In this document: piece by piece, positions 57,650 through 64,000 of the stretch | Layout: every line of letters begins with the position of its first letter | Numbering within the stretch: position 1 is the stretch's first letter | Source: an uncultured delta proteobacterium | GTDB lineage: Bacteria > Myxococcota > UBA727 > VGSZ01 | NCBI GenBank assembly: GCA_963775425.1 | Contig: CAVZJB010000011.1 | Coordinates: 608,001-672,000, forward strand | Length of the DNA: 64,000 nt | Direction: 5' to 3' | Made by a program: the position numbers and the translations under genes | The notes under the pieces: model-generated | What the model saw: only the letters and a program-made list of their open reading frames with translations | Told to the model about the DNA's origin: nothing | The model's database searches: none

Positions 57650-58807
57650 ATGGACCTGCAGCTTCCGCTCTTCGACGACATCCACCGCACCCTCGCCGCA
57701 AAAGTCAAACGGCTCTGCGATGACAGGCTCGCGGCGCTCACCATGACCGAGCTCGAGGACCACGACAGCGCGGCGGTCGAGTACGTCGCGCTCCTCGGGC
57801 AAGAGGGGCTCTTCAATCCTGCGCTCGGCAAGGCGCTCGAGGGCGAGGCGCCCCGGCCCGAGCTGCGCTCCCTGTGCATCGTGCGCACGCTGCTCGGGCG
57901 CACCTCCGGGCTGTGCGACGGCGTCTATGGCGCCCAGGTCCAGGGCATGTACCCGCTCGCCCTCTGCGGCAACGAAGACCAGCGGGCCATCTTCCTGCCC
58001 GGCATGGCCGCCGGGCAGACGCTCGTCGGCCTCGCGCTCCTCGACGGCAGCAATCCCCTCGTCGCCACGACCAAGCCGGGGGGCTACGCCCTCAGCGGCA
58101 ACAAGACCCTCGTCCCCCTCGCGCCCATCGCGGACCAGTTCGTGGTCCTCGCGCGTCACCGCCAAAACGTGCCCAACGAGCCGCCGCGCTTTTCGATGTT
58201 CGTCGTCGACGGCGACCTCGTCACCGTGCAGGCCGAGGGCTTCGTGTCGCCGCTCCCCGTGGGCGCCGTCTCCTTCGACAACGTCGAGATCGAGGCCGAG
58301 CACCGCCTCGGCGGCGAGGGCCAGGGCCTCATGATCGCCCAGACCTCCCTCGACATGATGCGCCTCCCCGCCGCCGCCGGCTGCCTCGGCATCTCCCGGC
58401 AGGCGCTGCAGCGCGGCGTCGAGGCCCTCCTCAAGCGCGGCGTGGGCGGCAAGCCCCTGCGCGAGCAACAGGGCTCCCTGTGGACCCTCGGCGACGCCTG
58501 TACGCAGGTCGAGGCGGCGGAGGGCCTCGTCGCCAGCGCCGCGTTCCGGCGGGACACCACGACGTCACGTGAGTCCAAGGGCACCACCATGGCGCGCCAG
58601 CTCGCCCAGGACGCGGCCGAGTTCGCCTGCAGCGCCGTCGCGGACCTCATGGGGCTGCGCGGCTTGTCGGCGGGCGACCCCTGGACCCGCTACCTCGCCG
58701 AGGTGCGCGCGCTGCGCCTCGAGACCGAGTTCCTCGAGAACGCGCGCTCCACGGTGGCGATGAGCTTCATCAACGCCGTCGAGGCCGAGCTCAAAAAAGC
58801 GAACTGA
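57650..58807 (+). CDS. Acyl-CoA dehydrogenase-like protein, degenerate
   Basis: Motifs QRAIFLP, LSGNKT, FDNVEI, RLGGEGQG and GKPL; the canonical TEPxxGSD and IYEG motifs are absent. Confidence 0.8.
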   Translation: MDLQLPLFDDIHRTLAAKVKRLCDDRLAALTMTELEDHDSAAVEYVALLGQEGLFNPALGKALEGEAPRPELRSLCIVRTLLGRTSGLCDGVYGAQVQGMYPLALCGNEDQRAIFLPGMAAGQTLVGLALLDGSNPLVATTKPGGYALSGNKTLVPLAPIADQFVVLARHRQNVPNEPPRFSMFVVDGDLVTVQAEGFVSPLPVGAVSFDNVEIEAEHRLGGEGQGLMIAQTSLDMMRLPAAAGCLGISRQALQRGVEALLKRGVGGKPLREQQGSLWTLGDACTQVEAAEGLVASAAFRRDTTTSRESKGTTMARQLAQDAAEFACSAVADLMGLRGLSAGDPWTRYLAEVRALRLETEFLENARSTVAMSFINAVEAELKKAN

Positions 58808-58815
58808 GCGCGCGC

Positions 58816-59109
58816 TCAGTGCACAGGCGCTTTTGCGTCGCTGACGTCGACGACGCCCCAGCGCTCTTCGTAGCGTCGGACGTTGTCGGACAGCGCGTTG
58901 AGGAGCCGTTTGGCGTGCTTGGGCGACGAGATGATGCGGGCGCGCACGGTGGCGCGCGGCTCGAGCGGCTGCACGAAGATGAAGTCGAAGACGAACTCCG
59001 TCTCGGTGTGGTTGACGAGCGTCAGGTTCACATAGGCGCCGTTTTGCACCTCCGGGGGGAGCTGGATTTGGAGCTGCGGCTTCTCGGGCGGCTTGTTCGA
59101 GGTCGTCAT
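58816..59109 (-). CDS. DUF3467-family protein
   Basis: G.YVN...NHTETEFVFDF...ARIISSPKHAKRL...YEERWG. Confidence 0.85.
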   Translation of the reverse strand: MTTSNKPPEKPQLQIQLPPEVQNGAYVNLTLVNHTETEFVFDFIFVQPLEPRATVRARIISSPKHAKRLLNALSDNVRRYEERWGVVDVSDAKAPVH

Positions 59110-59156
59110 GGGGCGCAGTTTGCAACGGAACCCCCGCGTTTGCGACTCTCACGACA

Positions 59157-61049
59157 ATGGCGAGGCAGCCCACCGCCCGGGCCGGCAAACGGCTCGGCCG
59201 CTACCGCATCGAGCGCGAGCTCGGGCGCGGCGGCATGGGCGTTGTGTACATCGCGGAGGACGTGAACACCGGGCGTCGCATCGCCCTCAAGACGACGGCC
59301 GTCGCGGGCCTCGGCGGGCGGGAGCAGAGCCGCAACCAGCGCCGCCAGCGCTTCGTGCGCGAGGTGCAGGCGCTCACGCAGGTCAACCACGACAACGTCG
59401 TCCACGTGATCGATGCCGGCGAGGCCGACGATCCCGATCTCGGGTGGCTGCTCTTCTATTCGATGGAGTACGTCGAGGGCGAGACGCTCGCGCAGCTCGT
59501 GCAGCGCAAGGGCGCGCTCGCGCCCGGCGCCGCCGCCGCCGTCTGCATGCAGGTCGCCGCCGGCCTCGGCGCGGCCCACGCCGCCGGCATCGTCCACCGG
59601 GATGTCAAGCCCGCCAACATCTTCATCTCCCTCGACGCGCGCGCGCTCATCGGCGACTTCGGCATCTGCAAGATCGAGGGGCAGACGCAGATCACCCGGC
59701 GCGACCAGCTCGTCGGAACGCCCAACTACCTCGCGCCCGAGCAGATCCTCGGCGATCCCGTCAGCCCCGCCACCGACGTGTTCGCCCTCGGCGCGCTGTT
59801 CTACGTCATCACCATGAACCGGCCGCTGCGCTCGCACGTCGACGCTGCGGCGCTGTTGGCGTCGGCGCAGTCCAACGAGCCGCGCGATCGCATGATGCAG
59901 GAGCGCAGCGTCCCCGACGGCATCCGCAAGGTCATCGCGCGCTGCCTCGAGCGCGATCCCAAGAAGCGCTGGAAGGGCGGGACCGAGCTCGCGGACGCGC
60001 TCTCCGACCTCGCCACCCGCATTCCCTCGCTGCGCGACGAGACGCTCCCCGACCCGCGCAAAGAGGCCACCAGCACGCAAGATCGCTCGAACCCGTTCGC
60101 GTCGGTGCCGTCCGCGCCGTCGGGCGACGTGCTCGAGGTTCCCAAGTTCGCCGACCCGAACGACGTCGAGGCCGCGGCCCGCGCGCTGCTCGGCGAAGTG
60201 GAGATGCGGGAGAGCGCGAACAAGAAGGTCGAGGAGGAGCAAAAGCCGCTGCCGGTGGCGCGCACCGAGTCCACGGTGATGTTCAACCTGCGCGCCATGG
60301 AGCAGGAGCAGCAGGAGAAGCAGAAGCCGCTGCCCGTGGCGCGCACCGAGTCCACCGCCATCTTCAAGATGCGCGGCGGCGACGACGACAACGGGCCGTC
60401 ACTGGTGCGCGACGAGACCACGTCTACGGCGTCGCGCCTCGAAAACACGTCCATGGGGGTGTCCGACGATCCCACGCCCGTCGGCGGGGAGACGTCGGCG
60501 GAGCTCGTGCAGCCGCGCGTGCGCAGCTTCGACGCCGAGGTGCGTCGGCCGCGCAAGCCCATCAAGCTCCCCAAGATCAACCTGCCCGCTCTGCCGCGGC
60601 CCGCGTGGGTCGGCATCTCCGGCGCCGGCGGCGCGCTCCTCGGCATCATCCTCGTCGCCGCGCTGGCGCCGCCGTCGTACTCGACGGAGCAGCCCGACAC
60701 GTCCGCGCCGGCGGAGGCGCCGGCGGCCTCCATCGCGAGCCGTCCGCGGCCCGAGCTGTGTCCCAAGGAGAAAGACGACGTCGCCGTGAGCGCCGAAGGC
60801 AAGCAGAAGGCCAAGGGCTTCATCGAGCAATCGCGCGCGGCGGGGCTGCTCGAGTCCAAGAAGGAGCTGTTGCTCGGCGAGGCCATCAAGGTGAACCCGC
60901 TCGACGCCGAGGCCTTCTTCGAGCTCAGCAAGGTCTACGCGTCCGAGGGCAAGTCCGGCCTGCGCGATCAGGCCTACGTCTGCGTCTGCGTCCTCGCCGA
61001 GTCGAGCGACGCCTGCCACAAGGCCTTGCGCTTCCTGAACAACAAGTGA
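59157..61049 (+). CDS. Membrane-anchored Hanks-type Ser/Thr protein kinase
   Basis: Motifs LGRGGMGVVY, IALK, HRDVKPAN, DFG and GTPNYLAPEQ; one TM segment; TPR-like C-terminus. Confidence 0.95.
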   Translation: MARQPTARAGKRLGRYRIERELGRGGMGVVYIAEDVNTGRRIALKTTAVAGLGGREQSRNQRRQRFVREVQALTQVNHDNVVHVIDAGEADDPDLGWLLFYSMEYVEGETLAQLVQRKGALAPGAAAAVCMQVAAGLGAAHAAGIVHRDVKPANIFISLDARALIGDFGICKIEGQTQITRRDQLVGTPNYLAPEQILGDPVSPATDVFALGALFYVITMNRPLRSHVDAAALLASAQSNEPRDRMMQERSVPDGIRKVIARCLERDPKKRWKGGTELADALSDLATRIPSLRDETLPDPRKEATSTQDRSNPFASVPSAPSGDVLEVPKFADPNDVEAAARALLGEVEMRESANKKVEEEQKPLPVARTESTVMFNLRAMEQEQQEKQKPLPVARTESTAIFKMRGGDDDNGPSLVRDETTSTASRLENTSMGVSDDPTPVGGETSAELVQPRVRSFDAEVRRPRKPIKLPKINLPALPRPAWVGISGAGGALLGIILVAALAPPSYSTEQPDTSAPAEAPAASIASRPRPELCPKEKDDVAVSAEGKQKAKGFIEQSRAAGLLESKKELLLGEAIKVNPLDAEAFFELSKVYASEGKSGLRDQAYVCVCVLAESSDACHKALRFLNNK

Positions 61050-61050
61050 T

Positions 61051-61074
61051 CCCGCGCGCCCCGTGGGGCGCGGG
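61051..61074. terminator. Hairpin between the convergent kinase and malQ genes
   Basis: CGCGCCC-CGTG-GGGCGCG core stem; no U-tract. Confidence 0.3.
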
Positions 61075-61086
61075 CCTGGTCGATCC

Positions 61087-62686
61087 TCATCGCGCGAGGC
61101 GCGCCGCGAGCGCGCCGTCGAGGCCGCGGGCGCGCAAGGCGAGGGCGAGCGCACGCCCGAGGTGCGGCGCGCGGCCGGCGGCGACGGCGTCGTCGAAGGC
61201 GCGCGCGAAGTCGCGGGGCACGCGCAACGTCCAGTTGTCGGCGTGGACGACGCCGGGGCGGTTGTAGATCTCGGTGAGGCCGAACAGGTCCACCCAGAAG
61301 ACGGCGACGTTGTTCGCGGGCCCGGCGAACAGCTCGGCGAGCATGGCGTCGAAAAGCGGGGCGCCGCCGCCGGCGAGGCGCGCGCGCATCGCGTCGCGGT
61401 CGGCGGCGGACGCGCCGCGCGCGGCGAGGCGGAACGTGAGCCAGGCCGCGCGGCGCGCGCGCTCGGCGTCGTCCCAGCGCTCGACGACCAGGCGCAACGG
61501 GGGCGTGTCGTGGTTGCCGACGAGGATCCAGTCGGCGGGCTCGGCGTTGTCGCTGCGGTAGACGTCGTGCGGATCTTCGACCTTGGCCTTCTGCGTGACG
61601 CGAAAGCGGCCGAGGCCGAAGCGCTCGAGCACGGCGAGCAGCGGCCGCGGGCAGGTGCTCAGCACCTCGACCATCAAGCCCGCGCCGTCCACTCCGTGGG
61701 CGGCGGCGCGCGCGAGGATGACGTCGAGGATCGCGGCGTAGCGATCGATCTGCGCCTGGTCGAGCGCGCGCACCCAGCGGTCGTCGTAGCGCGGGCGCGC
61801 ACGATCGATCTGCGCCGGGGTCACGCGCGCGAACGCGGCCAGCGCCGGGTGGTCGGGCAGGTCGGGGGACTCGTACAGCCTCGCGCCGTGCTGAACGGCG
61901 AAGAGCGCGTCGTCGACGTCGGTGCGGTAGACCCAAGGGCAGACCCAGCCGTGTGGGTGATCGATGCGCACGCCGTCGTGCATGGCGAACAGCGCATCGA
62001 AGCGGCGCTCGACGAACGCGCGCGCGGCGCCGCCCTCGTCGAGCGCACGCGGGTCGAGCACGGGATAGCCCCAAGGCTGTCCGTCGGGGTTGGTGCGCGA
62101 AGGCGGCGCGCCCATGGCGTAGCCCGGCAGAAACAGCGCCGCGTCCTGGAGGCGCTCGGCGTACGACACGCCGATGTGCGCGTCCGCGTAGACGCGCAAG
62201 CCGTGCGCCCGCGCCCGCATGCGCGCGTGTTGCGACCGCAGCACCTGCTGCACGTCGCCGCCGCTCCGTTCGAGCGCGGCGGCGAGGGCGCGCGACGCGT
62301 CCCAGGCCCGCACGACGTCGACGCGTTCGACGCCGCCGGGGTCGCGCCCGTCGGCGTCGCGCGCGCGGGCGGTGGCGTCACCGGCCGCGTCGCCGCGCAC
62401 GCCGGGCGGGAGGGCGCCGGCGTCGAGGAACATCGGGTTCAGGCCGGACCACGTGGCGTCGTAGGGCGACGGATCGTCGCGCGCCGTGACGCCGCCGGGG
62501 CCGAGGGCGACCCCCGTGAAGCCGAGCCCGCGCGCGAACGAGAGGAACGCGGCGCCGGCGTCGGAGTAGGGCGTACCGCAGCCGATGTCGCCGTCGCCGG
62601 CGGGGAAGCTCGTCTGGTGGATCTGCAGGACGAGGCGATCGACGCCGAGCGAGGCGAGAGCCGCGCGCACGTCGTCGGCGAAGGCG

Positions 62687-62700
<14 letters not shown>
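61087..62700 (-). CDS. malQ: 4-alpha-glucanotransferase (GH77), divergent
   Basis: Motifs SPY, GAPP...GQPWGYP, RIDH, NHD and NRPG...NW; overlaps the 3' end of glgB. Confidence 0.8.

Positions 62701-64000
<1,300 letters not shown>

Overview
High-GC bacterial chromosomal window. The content (a MYXO-CTERM-like tail, (GE)n linkers, Cys-rich lipoproteins, a Ser/Thr kinase) points to Myxococcota or a related deltaproteobacterium; this assignment is inference. The standout feature is a tightly coupled 9-gene operon (3698-15364), divergent from ppdK, that appears to encode a complete quinone-pool-to-cell-surface electron conduit. It comprises an Ig-stalked decaheme lipoprotein, a tetraheme cytochrome, a Tat-exported NrfC-type Fe-S protein, an NrfD-type membrane subunit, a monoheme cytochrome, a probable beta-barrel porin, an 11-heme cytochrome, a 20-heme lipoprotein built from four 5-heme repeats, and an 8-heme cytochrome. 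My manual count gives 54 heme motifs, 5 of them non-canonical, and no catalytic molybdo-subunit is present. A surface-protein cluster follows: a 2.9k-aa repeat protein, a double C-type lectin with a (GAAGGA)27 microsatellite, and a Cys-rich lipoprotein. The rest is mixed housekeeping and accessory genes: tRNA-Ser(TGA), GH31, an aminotransferase, a cNMP-GGDEF protein, gyrA, a GldAFG-like ABC transporter, an ABC1 kinase, an NFACT/RqcH-like protein, malQ and a partial glgB. I saw no CRISPR array, rRNA, integrase or transposase. All calls rest on reading motifs by eye; no database searches were run.
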